Assembly (NCBI RefSeq): GCF_009914755.1 | Contig: NC_060942.1 | Direction: 5' to 3' (one strand) | Source of the DNA: the human T2T-CHM13v2.0 reference genome, Homo sapiens | Length of the DNA: 64,000 nucleotides | Part shown: piece after piece, positions 16,911 through 29,156 of the stretch | Layout: every line of letters starts with the position of its first letter | Position numbering within the stretch: position 1 is the stretch's first letter | Program-made: the position numbers and the translations under genes | Notes under the pieces: model-generated | What the model was told of the DNA's origin: nothing | Databases searched by the model: none | Seen by the model: only the letters and a program-made list of their open reading frames with translations

Positions 16911-16940
<30 letters not shown>
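16911..16940. repeat. (AC)15 microsatellite
   Basis: Seen directly. Confidence 0.97.
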
Positions 16941-16941
<1 letters not shown>

Positions 16942-17594
16942 ATGCACTTGATTATCGAGTACAGCCAGAGCCTAACTGCTGAGTGTTGAGGAAATTTTCC
17001 ACAAATGTTAGGGTTTGGGCAGGCAAGGATACCTGGGAAAGGGTATAGAGACCTGAAATCTTAGATAGGGTAATAAAGAATTTAAAAAACTTTACTCACT
17101 CAGTATTTATTTCCTTTTTGGCACCTTTTTGAAGTGACTGGTTAAAAATTACAACAGGTTAGTTAAGAGTGGTATTGTAATATTGGATTCCATTTCAAGG
17201 AACCGATCCAATTCCCCAACAGCTTTGCTTTTTTCTTTTCCTTAAAAAGAAACAAGCTTATTTCCCGAAGCCTTTTCTGGCTTGTCAATTTTACAAATGC
17301 AGTCAATGATCCATGAAAACCAAACAATTCAGTGTAAGACAATTTAAATAAAGAGGGAAAGCAAACAGTTACAATGTCAGTTCAATCTGAGGAAACACAA
17401 GCTCTGTTCCAAAGAAACATGAAACTATCAAGTGGAAGTCTATTTAGGTGTAGATGTGCAACATAAACGGTGAAATTTAGAATTTTCTAAATGACAAATT
17501 TGCCCAAAAACTAGATTGAATCTGTAACACTTTCAACATTGTTGTTTTTAATATAAACATTATGTTTAAAATTATTTTATATTTTAAACATTTG

Positions 17595-17700
17595 TACATA
17601 TGCGTGTATATATATATACATATGTTTGTATATATGTGCATATATAGTATATATACACATGTATTATTATGTATATATTACACCATATGTGTATATATAT
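17595..17700. repeat. TA/TG-rich low-complexity tract
   Basis: Seen directly. Confidence 0.8.
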
Positions 17701-17819
17701 TTTTTTCTTTTAGGTCTCAAATATTTCATTTAAGGCCTTTAAAACACTTGTAGGTTCTATGCTCTTATAGTGTCCCAAAATAAAATTATCCTTCATGCAC
17801 TTCATTTTATATTCTAGCC

Positions 17820-18013
17820 CACTGGCTCTCTAACTTTAGCATACTATACTCTAGAATCACCCAGCTAATTTGTTAAAATAGATTGCTGTGCCCTACCCAC
17901 AGAGTTTCTGATTTACCAGAACTAGGATGGGGCCTGATAATTAGTATTTCTAATGAAGATCACAGGTGGTACTGTCTCTTTTGGTTTGGGGACAACATTT
18001 TGAGAACCACAGT
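17820..18013. mobile_element. MER5A (hAT-Charlie MITE)
   Basis: AGAATCACC...CAGAGTTTCTGATTTA...GGGGCCTGATAATT...TTTGAGAACCAC. Confidence 0.85.
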
Positions 18014-18444
18014 TCTCATCCAAGATGAGTTTGTCCATACATTTAAAAATTAGTTTAGCTTTTCTGGAATGGCCAGTAATCTTTTGTATGTGTCTGTTGT
18101 CTATCTCCAGATTACTCACCTTTACTTAGCTCATAAACTGTGCAAAAAGGCAGGAATTTCTTCAAGGCTCTCTTAGGCAGATTTCAGTTATTAAAGAATT
18201 GCTACTCTGTTTTACAGCTGAAAAATTGGGAAATAATTTCAAATTTAATTTTGCAAAATCCATGTGCGGAAGCCTATATCAGAAAGCTCCCTGGGCCTTC
18301 ACCCAGATTAGTTACTTTTACTTTTCACACAATTCGTATGCACTTGATTAGCTACTTTTTAATTTGTAAGAGAGTGTATTAGAAGAATAATAACCCAAAG
18401 ACTATTACAATAATCCAGATGAGGGATAGGGATAGTAGCACCCA

Positions 18445-19030
18445 GTATTTATTGAGGCGCTACTCTGTGACATACACTGTGCTAGATAACCTACTGACAT
18501 TATCTCATCTGTCCCACCCAAAAAACAATGACAGAGATATTATCATCCTATTTTACAGACGTAGACACTGAGACAGAGTCTGAAGCGCAAGATGTTTATT
18601 AGGAATCAACATTTCTGAAAGGAAGGAGAAGGAAGCAGGGTTGAGCAGAGGGAGAAGTTGAACGTTAATGCAAACCCAACAGAGTCTTTACCAAACTAGT
18701 GGGGGCTCCCTAGCAAGATTTGCCTGTCAGTATCTCACATTGGACTGAAATGGCTGGAAATGTATGCCTACACTTAACTGGAAATGAGTTTCCCCAGAAA
18801 GGGTGTGACATCAGGCAAGGAGGCTCTATGTAGCTGAGGCTGACCCTTTAAGCACTTGATGGCCGGAAGCTATCTATGAATTATATCTTCCTACTTCTGT
18901 GCTGGACAGGAAGTACTTCTCTGAACAACAGGTACAAATCAGTGTCTGTCACTGATTTGTCCAAGGACACAGTAATCATCTGAGTAACAATTCAAACCCA
19001 GGACTATCTGATTCTTTCAACTACATCATC
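18445..19030 (-). mobile_element. MIR split by an LTR16 insertion
   Basis: ATTTATTGAGGCGCTACT...ATTTTACAGACGTAGACACTGAG, resuming after about 18950 with TTTGTCCAAGGACACAG...TTCAAACCCAGG. Confidence 0.75.
18575..18952 (-). mobile_element. LTR16A-like ERVL LTR
   Basis: GGAAGCAGGGTTGAGCAGAGGGAGAAGTTGAAC; minus-strand AATAAA at about 18595-18600. Confidence 0.75.
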
Positions 19031-19399
19031 TGTTAGTTTCTGTATGCTGCTTACATTTCTTAAAAATGTCATGAGGACTCCATCATGGACACCCACTGGA
19101 TTGTGTGATAATGCAGTAATGACCTCAGGTATCACTGAGGAATGTAGAAGAATTTGTTGTTACATGAAAGGGCTCTAAACCTCACTGTAATCTTGTCACT
19201 TGCCATCCTGTCAGTGTGCAGTATGAGTATGGAATTCGTGAACAGTCAGCAAGCACTATCCCTTTCACTCAAGCTACCATCATTTCTCATTCTGATGACT
19301 GAAAGAGCCTCCAAATGCATCTCGCTGCTTCATGGTTGCTCCAACCAACGACAAGACTGACTAAATAGAAATGTATTCATACCACAATTCTGCTCAAAT

Positions 19400-19970
19400 G
19401 TTTTAAACAATTGTTGTTCAAACTTAAATAAAATCCAAACTCTTACCAAAGAACTTTTTAGCTCTACATAACCTGACCCTGCCTCCTCACCAGCTATTAT
19501 GGCTCTCAAACATGCTAAGCTAAATCCAATTGTGAAGATTTTGCAAGTGCTATTTGTTCTGTCTGGAATGCTCTTCACCCAAATCCTCCCCACACTCCGG
19601 AGTTGTGCTCAATGCCATCTTTTTAGAGAGACCATCTTGACCACCCTAGAGAAAATACAGCTCTGATTCTTACACTCCACATGCCAACCCCTTCCCTTGC
19701 TTCATTTTTCTCCTTTGCCCTTTTCACTGCTCAGAACTGTGTACACATGTGTGTATGTATGCATGCATATTTGAATGTGTATAATTTTATTCCTAGTACC
19801 ATTTTTGCATTGTGCAGTTAGAATACACATACCCATACTCAAATTGTTCATTGTCTGTCTCCTCCACTGTAACTTCACATTATTGCACATAGAGATATTA
19901 GCTGTCAAGTTCATTTGTGTATTCCCAGATTCTGAAAGAGTGCTTGTTACCCATTGGGAAAATGAATTAA
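19400..19970 (+). mobile_element. L2 3' fragment
   Basis: AAAATCCAAACTCTTACC, TCTGGAATGCTCTTC, TGTCTGTCTCCTCCACT. Confidence 0.7.
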
Positions 19971-21161
19971 ATTTTAAAAATGACAGTAGCGAAAACATAT
20001 ATGTGTAAGCTAAGGTAACTCAAATTCCAGTTCTACAACCATCCAGTTTGGATAAATCATGTGAAACTCTTAAGCTTTGTTTTGTTTTGTTTTCTGTCTC
20101 AATTGGAGTTAATACATTCACATTTATTTAATTTAATTAAATAACATATTACAAAATGCTATGGAAAAGATAAATAAAGCTAATTAATTGTTAATTGAAT
20201 TTGGCTATCTATCCCAAAATAATGAGTAAATTACCGAACCTTTTTTTCTCTTCAAAAAATAAGCCCTCATCATTTGGAAAATATGTTTATATAAATTTTC
20301 CAATGCACTGATGATGAAAGATAATTAAGCACTACTCTTATTTTTTTAAGTTTGAGTGGTATTTGCAATTAATTACTGCATTACATTATATCCAATATGC
20401 TCTGCTACATATTTATGTTTTGTCTTTGATTAAATGTGTCTACAAGGGAGACACTATGAAATTATGCTTAGGACGCTTGATATGTGTGTACTAGGCAGAT
20501 TTATCTTCCAAGTTTCCCAGTGATCACTCTACTGCTTGTGTACACTCCTAAGACCCAAGGTTTCTTTCTTCCTCTCTAGATTGATCCTTTTCAGTCCTTC
20601 CTAAAATAACCGTCACCATTCACCTTATCTTTCTTACTTGGTCAAGATATTCATCCATTCATTCAGTATCTTCATTCTTCAAATGTGCTACCCACATGGG
20701 TCTCTCCTGGTTTTCAAAAAGCATTGCACCTATGAATTGTGCTATATTGTTCAACATGTAATTGTATTATTTAAGGGGGGCTTTCTCCCTACATCATATG
20801 CACAGATCCTGAGAAGAATAGAAAGTTCTTGAGGACAGGGACTGGATTACTCATGCCTTTACTATATTCCAAAACCATCACGACTCTCCAAAGATAAATA
20901 GATGCTTGATAGAACTCTAAATAGATATTATGCTTTTTTAATCCAGTAATTCCTAATTCTCATGGTTCCAAATACCCCTCTAAGTAAAGAAATGAAACTA
21001 TTTTAATTAGATATATCACTAAAGAATAAATAAAGGCCTTTCATGATTTCAACTCAGTACTTCAAGAGTTACACAGACTGTGGGAAGCAGAGTTTCAAGG
21101 CCTAAAGCTGAGAATTAAGCTGCAATTACACTGTTGGTACCGAAAGGTTTGTCTATCTTCA

Positions 21162-21515
<354 letters not shown>

Positions 21516-22026
21516 CTAGCTCCCAAATCCCTGAAACTTCCTTCACTCATAGACTGCTTCTACTTTGCACAGCCGGTCAGGGTTTTGGAAAAAGAGAAAT
21601 CCGGGCCTATCTCCTTCTATTCTCCAGTGGGAAGACAGAAGCCTGCATGAATAGGGACAAAGACCTTGGGAGCTCAAGGACCTAATGTTGTTCAGGAATT
21701 AAGACAGACTTTAGAATAGTCTGGATAAACTTTGGACAGAATTTTTTGGCTGTTATAAAACACAACTTTCCAGTAATTTTGAAACCCATTTCCTTACTTT
21801 TATTTTTCCTCCCACCAAAAGGGTAAGGAAACCAACTTTGGGCTACTACTGGCTTATCCATGGCCTGGAACTGCCCACTCCAAACCCAAAGAATTATTAT
21901 CCTGATTCTTCCTGCTCCTCCTTGTCCATAAGATGCTACTGCTCTAAGAAGCATGCTAGTATCTTGAAGCTGATATAAAAAAATAAGTTCATGATAAAAT
22001 GACAATGGTTTGTAGGCCAACCATAA

Positions 22027-22245
22027 GACACAGTGAGATTTTAAGTCAGAATACACTGGGTTTTGTCTCTCAACTCTAACTAGCTGTGTGACCTTGAACA
22101 AGTTATTGAATGTATCAGAGATTCAGTTGACTCATATGTAAATAGGTATAAAGGAGACTACTTCTTGGTCTTGCGGTGAGGATTAAATAAAATCTCGTGT
22201 GTAACGTGCCCAGCACAGAGCCTTGAAAACACTAAATGTATCATC
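22027..22245 (+). mobile_element. MIR
   Basis: Core ACTAGCTGTGTGACCTTGAACAAGTTA and GTGAGGATTAAAT. Confidence 0.85.
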
Positions 22246-22479
22246 AGTAATATCACCATCAAAATGAATATTTTTCACAGATTAAATACTATCCTTTGAA
22301 TCCTTCCACATTAAAGCTCAAGGAGGTGAATAATGATAAACACATAATACACTAAAACTCGTTGTCTTTTTGTTTTTTTTCTTTTTATCTTTTTTAGAAA
22401 GGGCCCTGGGATTTCCCAAAATGCATTAAGAATACAGGCACCTATTCTTACCAAATATGAAAAGAAGCAGCTTCAACCA

Positions 22480-22515
22480 TCAGAATTCTTCCCTTCCAAA
22501 CTCTTTCAGTGTAGG
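22480..22515 (-). CDS. RIT2: Coding part of alternative RIT2 cassette exon (whole exon 22452-22515): PTLKEFGREEF-stop
   Basis: Minus strand reads CACTAAG..TTCTTATTCCTTATCAG|CCT ACA CTG AAA GAG TTT GGA AGG GAA GAA TTC TGA...ATATTTG|GTAAGA. Branch point, acceptor and donor are all good. In phase 0 it gives 142+11=153 aa, the length I recall for the short RIT2 isoform. Confidence 0.8.
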   Translation of the reverse strand, partial: PTLKEFGREEF

Positions 22516-24681
22516 CTGATAAGGAATAAGAATTGCTTAGTGAGAATCCTACTCCTTTGCCTCTCACCACTAAACAATAGCACCAGTGTAATTTCACCGT
22601 TGAGAGTTTAACTTTATCACTCTAGGAATTCTCAGAGAATTCTTTTGAGCTGCAAACCATCCAGGTGTCAGCATCTTTATTTTTCTTTTGAGTCTGCTTC
22701 TTTTTTTTTATATGAAGAAACAGAAACCTAACCTTTCAGATACTGATGAACAAAAAGAGTACAATATGACAGTGTTTTAGTCTTAATTTTGTCACTAGCT
22801 GCAATAGTTTAGTAAAGTCAATTGCTATCAATATATTCATTTGTCAGATGTCCTCATTCTTCAAATGCTTGGCTTACAAATACACAGAGTGGTTACAAGA
22901 TAAAAGTGTGAATTGAAATCATTTTGCTCAGAAAAAACCACTCTGCAGTTTTAAGAATAATTATTGCTATCACAACCACAGCCAGAAGCCAAATTTTTAC
23001 ATCAACACTTCATTACTGGAGACAGTGGTACACAAACATTTTTGCAAAGATTGCAATTTGTGTTTTCATGGTTTTCGCACTTTCTGTGACTATCTTGTTT
23101 ACAGTACTTGCTTTTATCTACAAGGAAAAGACTATCAAATCTGCAAAGTTACTCAACTTAGTATCTTTGCCTGGGTTTTAATTTCAGTGACATTTGTAAT
23201 GCTTGCAATTCACTTCACTGCTAATCTGAAAGGAGCAGCTAATTAACCAGGCTGGGATAGGGGTTCTGATAAACATGCCTTTGTGAGATCCTAAGTATCA
23301 CCTTTGAGCCTGGTAAGACAGGGCCTGGAGAGTGAAGGAAAAGTAAATGTCAGCCAGCTTTGGAGTCATGAAGAGCAATCATTGTAGAGAAAGTTTAGTT
23401 GATTTTTGGCCTGAAAAAATGTTTCCTGAATGTTTTCAAATTCACTAGTTTTTCAGAGTCACTTATAGCTTTCCTAACTGAAACCCTGTCAGAGGTTTTT
23501 GTTCTCCAGGAATTCTTAGAAGTGCAACAAAAATGGGCATATGATCACTTGGTGGCACATTTAGGGTGCTTTGTCACACTAGTTCCTAGAGGCCCTAAGA
23601 AAAGTAAAGCACTAGCACTCTTCAGAGGAGTATAGGAAAGGTTCAGCTACTAAGCCTCCAACTTTCTTCCTTTCTGCCAAGTTATCTAAAATAGATTATA
23701 TTTAACTGATGAGATAAACTTGAATTCTTAACCCATAGAAATGCAACATATCATGCTGAACATGTCTTTGGAGAAAGAGAAACAGCAAAGTAAGACAGCA
23801 GAACAGTTGCAGAAGAGATGAACAAATATTACAGTTCCTAAAACAATAATTAGCTGCCATTTTAAGATGCTTAGATTCTCAAGTAAAATATACAAAAATA
23901 TCACCACAAAAATGCATTGCACTAAATCATAGAAATACGTTCCCGGTTAAACATCAACTTGTAAACATGGACTCTGTATGAGATCTTTTCAATTTAAGAA
24001 AACTTAAAGCATATTAAGCATGAAAATTCATATTTATAATACCCTTAAGATAGGAGACAACTATTTGTTTTAGTGAAGATTCCTACGTTAGTAAAAGGTT
24101 TTACTAGTTGACTAATTTAAATAGGCTAACAATAAATCATTAGCTGGAATAACATGAACTATTAAAAGCCAGTTCAAATTTAAGGTCAACGAAAAGAAAG
24201 ATGAAGCATCTCAATTTATAACAAAGCAACTCAATTTAGAAAATTAGATTTACAAAAATTTGATTTGCATGACACTTCTCAGTAATGTTACTTTGTACAA
24301 TGTGAGTCATGGGAATGGAATTGTGATATGATTTGCCTGATTCTTGAACCAGGGCAACTGATTTATCATTACTATCTTGAGATCTCAGGGAGGAAGCCAT
24401 CATAGTTCGGCCATCTGTTATTGCCCAAGAAGTAGTGTCTGACCAGAAGAGAAGAAAATATAATGAATGAACTATGTAAGTTACGGTAATGGATCCCAGT
24501 CTAAGCTAGCCACAGTTTCTTCCTTATCAATTTTGTTTGTTCGGAGAAGTTTTGAGACTCTCTATTGATCACATTGATACAGCAGATGCAGCCTGAAGGA
24601 AATGGATGGTATATAAGAGTAATTTCTGATGCAACCTGAGAAGTAGTGGCTTGTTCTAATTCTGGAAGGAGGGAAAGATTC

Positions 24682-25185
24682 TGTTTTGATCATCTATTGC
24701 TGCATGAAAAATTACCCCCAAAACATGGTAGCGTAAACAATTTCATTTTATTTGCCACTGATTCTCTAGGTCAGAAATCCAGACAAGGCTTACCTGGGAG
24801 ATTTTCGTGTTCTATGTGGATTGGCTGGCTATGTTATGAGGTTACAGTTACATGGTGGCTGGTGCTGAAACATGCAAAGTGGCTTTGCCCACATGTGTAG
24901 TATCTTGGCAGGGACAGCTGTGAGCCTGAATCTCATTTTGTCCACATGACTATCTTCTCATGGTTAGCTTGGGCTTCTTTACTTGAACTCAAGGGTAAGC
25001 AGTTCAAGCGGCAATGGCAGAAACTGCAGAAATCTTAAGGCTACACTTCAGAAGTCAACAAGAATCATTTCTACTGTATTCAGTATACAATCCCAGATCC
25101 TAGGGGATAGGGCACTAGTAAGGGCACTCTGCAAAATAGCATATGTGGTAAAATATATTATGGAGGCCAACACAATTTACCATGG
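24682..25185 (-). mobile_element. MLT1 (ERVL-MaLR) solo LTR, same orientation as RIT2
   Basis: TCTATTGCTGCATGAAAAATTACCCCCAAAAC...GGTCAGAAATCCAGACAAGGCTTA is the reverse complement of an MLT1 3' end. Confidence 0.8.
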
Positions 25186-25326
25186 GACCACCATGACTTA
25201 TTAGAAAAATCATGTGCATAATTTCTTTCTCATAATTTTCAGTGTGAACCTGGGAAAGCAGCCATATTTTGTACTATGCATCCTCAGAGCAAAAGACAGA
25301 AGCTACCAGATAAAATCGGCACTCAC

Positions 25327-25518
25327 CTGGCGGAACTGTTCCAGATCAATTTTGTTACCCACCAGCACCAGGGGAATTTCATAGGTGTGGCGGACCTGAA
25401 AAATGAGCTCTTTAAACTTGGCAGCCTCCTGAAATGATTGACGGTCAGTGACGGAGTAGCAGATGATGAAGCCTTCCCCACCTCGCATGTACTGCTCCCG
25501 CATGGCTGTGAATTCTGC
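25327..25518 (-). CDS. RIT2: Internal coding exon (probably exon 4, about residues 79-142) of Ras-like GTPase RIT2/Rin
   Basis: Translates [64 protein letters not shown]: Ras switch II region plus G4 NKxD motif, matching RIT2 as I recall it. Acceptor is T15-CCTGCAG|GCA, donor is CAG|GTGAGT. 192 nt, phase 0 at both ends. Confidence 0.97.
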
Positions 25519-25548
25519 CTGCAGGAAAAAAAAAAAAAAATTAGTTAT
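25519..25548 (-). promoter_or_regulatory. 3' splice site of the RIT2 exon: branch point, T15 tract, CAG
   Basis: Minus strand reads ATAACTAA-T15-CCTGCAG immediately before the exon. Confidence 0.9.
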
Positions 25549-27379
25549 GGGCTTTCAATATAGCTAATTAATATGAGGTTTAAATGTAATCATTATGAAA
25601 TTTGAATGTTTTAAACTATTAAGAATATTGATATTTAATCATAGGAGATTTCATTTATGAGATCTTAGAAAAACATATTAAACAGCAATTTTTACTTATA
25701 GACTCTTAGGGATTATATAAAGATGATTTTTTTTTAATTTGTAATGACCTCACTTTAAGAAAATGAATCTAAATGTTTATACTCTAATCATTAAATTTAT
25801 TTGAACCCAGGCTAGATATTCTTTAAATTACATATTTCAGATATTTTCTCACTCCCTATTTATTGGAACCAATTTTCTTTTCTAGAAACATTGAAGAAAA
25901 AAAATTGTATAATCTAAGGAAGTTGGCTTCACTTTGCAAATGAAAGTTGGTTTGTATAGGGGATTTGCCATACGTCTGCCAAGGAATCTGGGGGAACAAA
26001 TTTTTCTACTCAAAAATATGAAAATGAATTAGAGTTAGACCTGGTTTTCCTTGTGAATGGAAAAAGTTATTAGCATTGATAATTCCAGATCCAGTTATTT
26101 GTTTGGGTATTAATTTGTCTCATGAAGGTGCATAAACAGAAGGATCTGGATTGCTGAGGGATGGATCAGTTTCTACATTCTGCTGACTCTTTCATCTTCT
26201 TTCAACTACAACTTCTCGGTGACTGAAAATTCAGTATTTGTTCTGAATTACAATTTGGAAACTTCTTTTAAGTCTAAAATATCTGTTTTCATTCACTTTT
26301 ATTCTGAAACTACTGTTAAAATGACAATGGCTAATTAGATAGAAGCAATGAAAAATATGAAACTTAACTTCTGTTGGTGGAATAAGCAATGAAAGAACAA
26401 AAGAGCATATTGTGACTTGGACAGTTTGTGCTATAAGTAATCAAAGCAATAAAATTTTAGGTGGGTTTTAACTGTGTTTGAAGAATTTGAGAAAATGGGA
26501 CTTCTTTACCTAGCAAAGTGTTTATAAGAACTCACAAAATGCCCTACTCAGAGTAATTGTTTAAATAAATGTCAATTTGATTTACGCTAGCTTGAAAGAT
26601 GGGAGCATTTATGTAGATCCAGGAACTTTGGAAAACTAGGGTGGTTGCAAGTCCAGAGAGTGATAAAGCTAATAAATTCCTGAGTTAATAAGTGAATTTC
26701 ACCAATCATTTGCAGTAAATATGGAATAAATGCAAACGGCTTTTGCATCGGTTTCAAGCAATCATTTCTAAGTTGCAAGAACTGGATCACAGACGTGACA
26801 AGAGACTTGTCCAAAGACCAACAGCAACATGATATAGAGTTGGGTCAAAAAACTCATGTTACCTGACTCACACTGTATCATATTACTTAGCATTAATTTT
26901 TATTTTAACTCAATCCTAACTTTCACAATGTGAGTGAAATGTACTAATATGGGAGAAAAAATATTCTATTGGATCCATGTTTCATTCCTGAACCAAGATT
27001 GAGTAATAAAATATCTGGGATCCCTCATAGTTCTGACATACTCTGATTTTGAAATCCTATGTCGCAATCAAAACCCCATAATTGACAGGACTTGACTAGA
27101 GAAGTATGGACTGAAAATGATAACATGTTTCTCAAACTCATAATTACATTTCTTTGGAAAAGAAATTATAAAATCATCTTAGAAATATGTTTGATCTTTA
27201 GGAAAACATAATTAGATCTGTTGTGTCAGTTGTATATGATTAAAACAATAATAAAAATGCAAGCTAAAATGGAAAAGATCCATTTTACAATTTAAAGTTT
27301 ATGCTACTTTCTGATTATTATTTTCAGTACTAAAGTTTTTGATTTTCAATCGTCTAGTCCTTTTTGAAAATTAACAAAT

Positions 27380-28240
27380 ACAAATATTAGCAAAATATTT
27401 AAATGGTACAGATATATCTAGTACTAATTTAGTTTTCTTCTCACCTCAAACTTCTAATTTTTCTTTTCAAATGCATCAGTTAATAGCTTCTTTAACTTTA
27501 CACTACTGTCTGTGTACATACAAGCATATACATATTCCTTCTTCCTTTATACATCATTCTAAACTCAATGGGAAACATAATATATACCTTTAATTAAAAT
27601 GTAGCAGCGCTAATATACCTTGGAAACTATTCTATATAAGTATATATAAATATTGCTTATTCTTTTTTATAGAGACATCATAATTCTTTTTATACATGTA
27701 CCATAATTTATTTAGCTACTTATCTATGAACAGGCATTTAGATGGCCTCCTTTTATTCTTATTATAGACAATGCTGTGATATTTATTCTTAAACGTCCAT
27801 ATCACACAGATTTATCTATACCTGAGAAAATTTATCTATACCTGAGAATCTTTTTGGTCTAGTATTTCTAGACCAAAAAGAACATACATTTTACTTTTGA
27901 GAAATATTGCCAATCTCAATGCCAAAGACATTGTATCAACAATACTTTTTCCAACATTATATAAATGTGACCAATTCTCCTCATTTTCAACAATGCTGCT
28001 TATCAAATTGTTCCACTTTTACAAATTGTAGAATTGAAACATCATGTTCCTTTCATTTGTATTTATTATTTATGTGTTATGATCAACATGTCCTATGACA
28101 TATTCATTTATATGTTGTCTTCTACATATAGATTTTATTTTGTTGTGAAGAATGTAGTAGTTGTCTTTGAAAAGGGTTGGTTCTTTTTGTTGTTCAACTG
28201 TATATTGTTTTTTAAATTTGAACTGAAGGAATATATTTCT
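27380..28240 (-). mobile_element. L1ME 3' fragment
   Basis: ATGTACCATAATTTATTTAGC, GACAATGCTGTGATATTTATTCTT, ATTCTCCTCATTTTCAACAATG. Confidence 0.75.
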
Positions 28241-28624
28241 ATGTGAGACATAAGAAAAAGAGTAAAGCATTTGACTACTTCAACAAAAATATACCATAAT
28301 GAATGACTAACAAATTTGATAAAGTGTAACAACCTGTTAGGAAGACAAGCAAATTACAGAAGGCAACATTCACAGAGAATATTGGATGATTGAATAAATA
28401 AAAGTCCAACAGTTATTGTGCTTGTTGACCAGATTCAAAGTCACACACATATCACATTAAAAATAGATATGTCAAGGAATAACATCTGATCTAAATTGGA
28501 ATCTCTAGGTATGAAGTTCCAGCATACATACTTTAAAATTTGGATGATTTTTGTTTTGCACCTCTCTGTATGAATATATAACTGAATGTATGCTCAAGAG
28601 TGGTCTTTATATTCCAGAAGCAGA

Positions 28625-28830
28625 GAAAGACAGTCATAGTACATGACCTCTAGGACTGTTACTTACTTAGAGCATGTTTTCTGACATGTCACATAACCTC
28701 TCTGTGCCTCAATTTCCCCCTTTGTTAAAGATGGATTAGGACACACACTTAACCAGTCTTACAGGGCAGTAGAAAAGCTCAAATGAGAGAAGAGATGTTA
28801 AAATGCTTTGATGAATTTTTAAAATACAAT
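28625..28830 (+). mobile_element. MIR
   Basis: AACCTCTCTGTGCCTCAATTTCCCC core. Confidence 0.7.
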
Positions 28831-29124
28831 ACAAATCAAGCCTATTATTATCTCTGGTACAAATCTGGCAGAATAGAACCTTTCACTGGGAGAACAGGCA
28901 TGAAATCCTCTTTTAGCTGCATTAAATATAAATGTGGCAGTGTTTTTTATGTAAGCTTAATCAGAAAAGTATTAAGCTTTTTTTTTCCCCAACAGAAAAT
29001 CTTTCCACCAATAAAACAGATGTAATGAAGCTATCATAATGAATGGGGAGGATATTTTAACTTAGATGACATTTTCTATACCAACTCTTTACACAACACG
29101 TATATATGTTTCCATGTGGATGTG

Positions 29125-29152
<28 letters not shown>
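29125..29152. repeat. (GT)14 microsatellite
   Basis: Seen directly. Confidence 0.95.

Positions 29153-29156
<4 letters not shown>

Noticed and set aside
21682-22101. 139-aa minus-strand ORF
   Set aside because: Begins in a MIR core at a TTG and resembles no protein I recognise.
22924-23181. 85-aa ORF with an apparent transmembrane segment
   Set aside because: TTG start, T-rich composition explains the hydrophobicity, and there is no promoter or splice support.
25303-25503. 66-aa ORF as a stand-alone small Ras gene or processed pseudogene
   Set aside because: Homology is bounded by canonical splice sites and no neighbouring exons are fused, so it is an internal exon.
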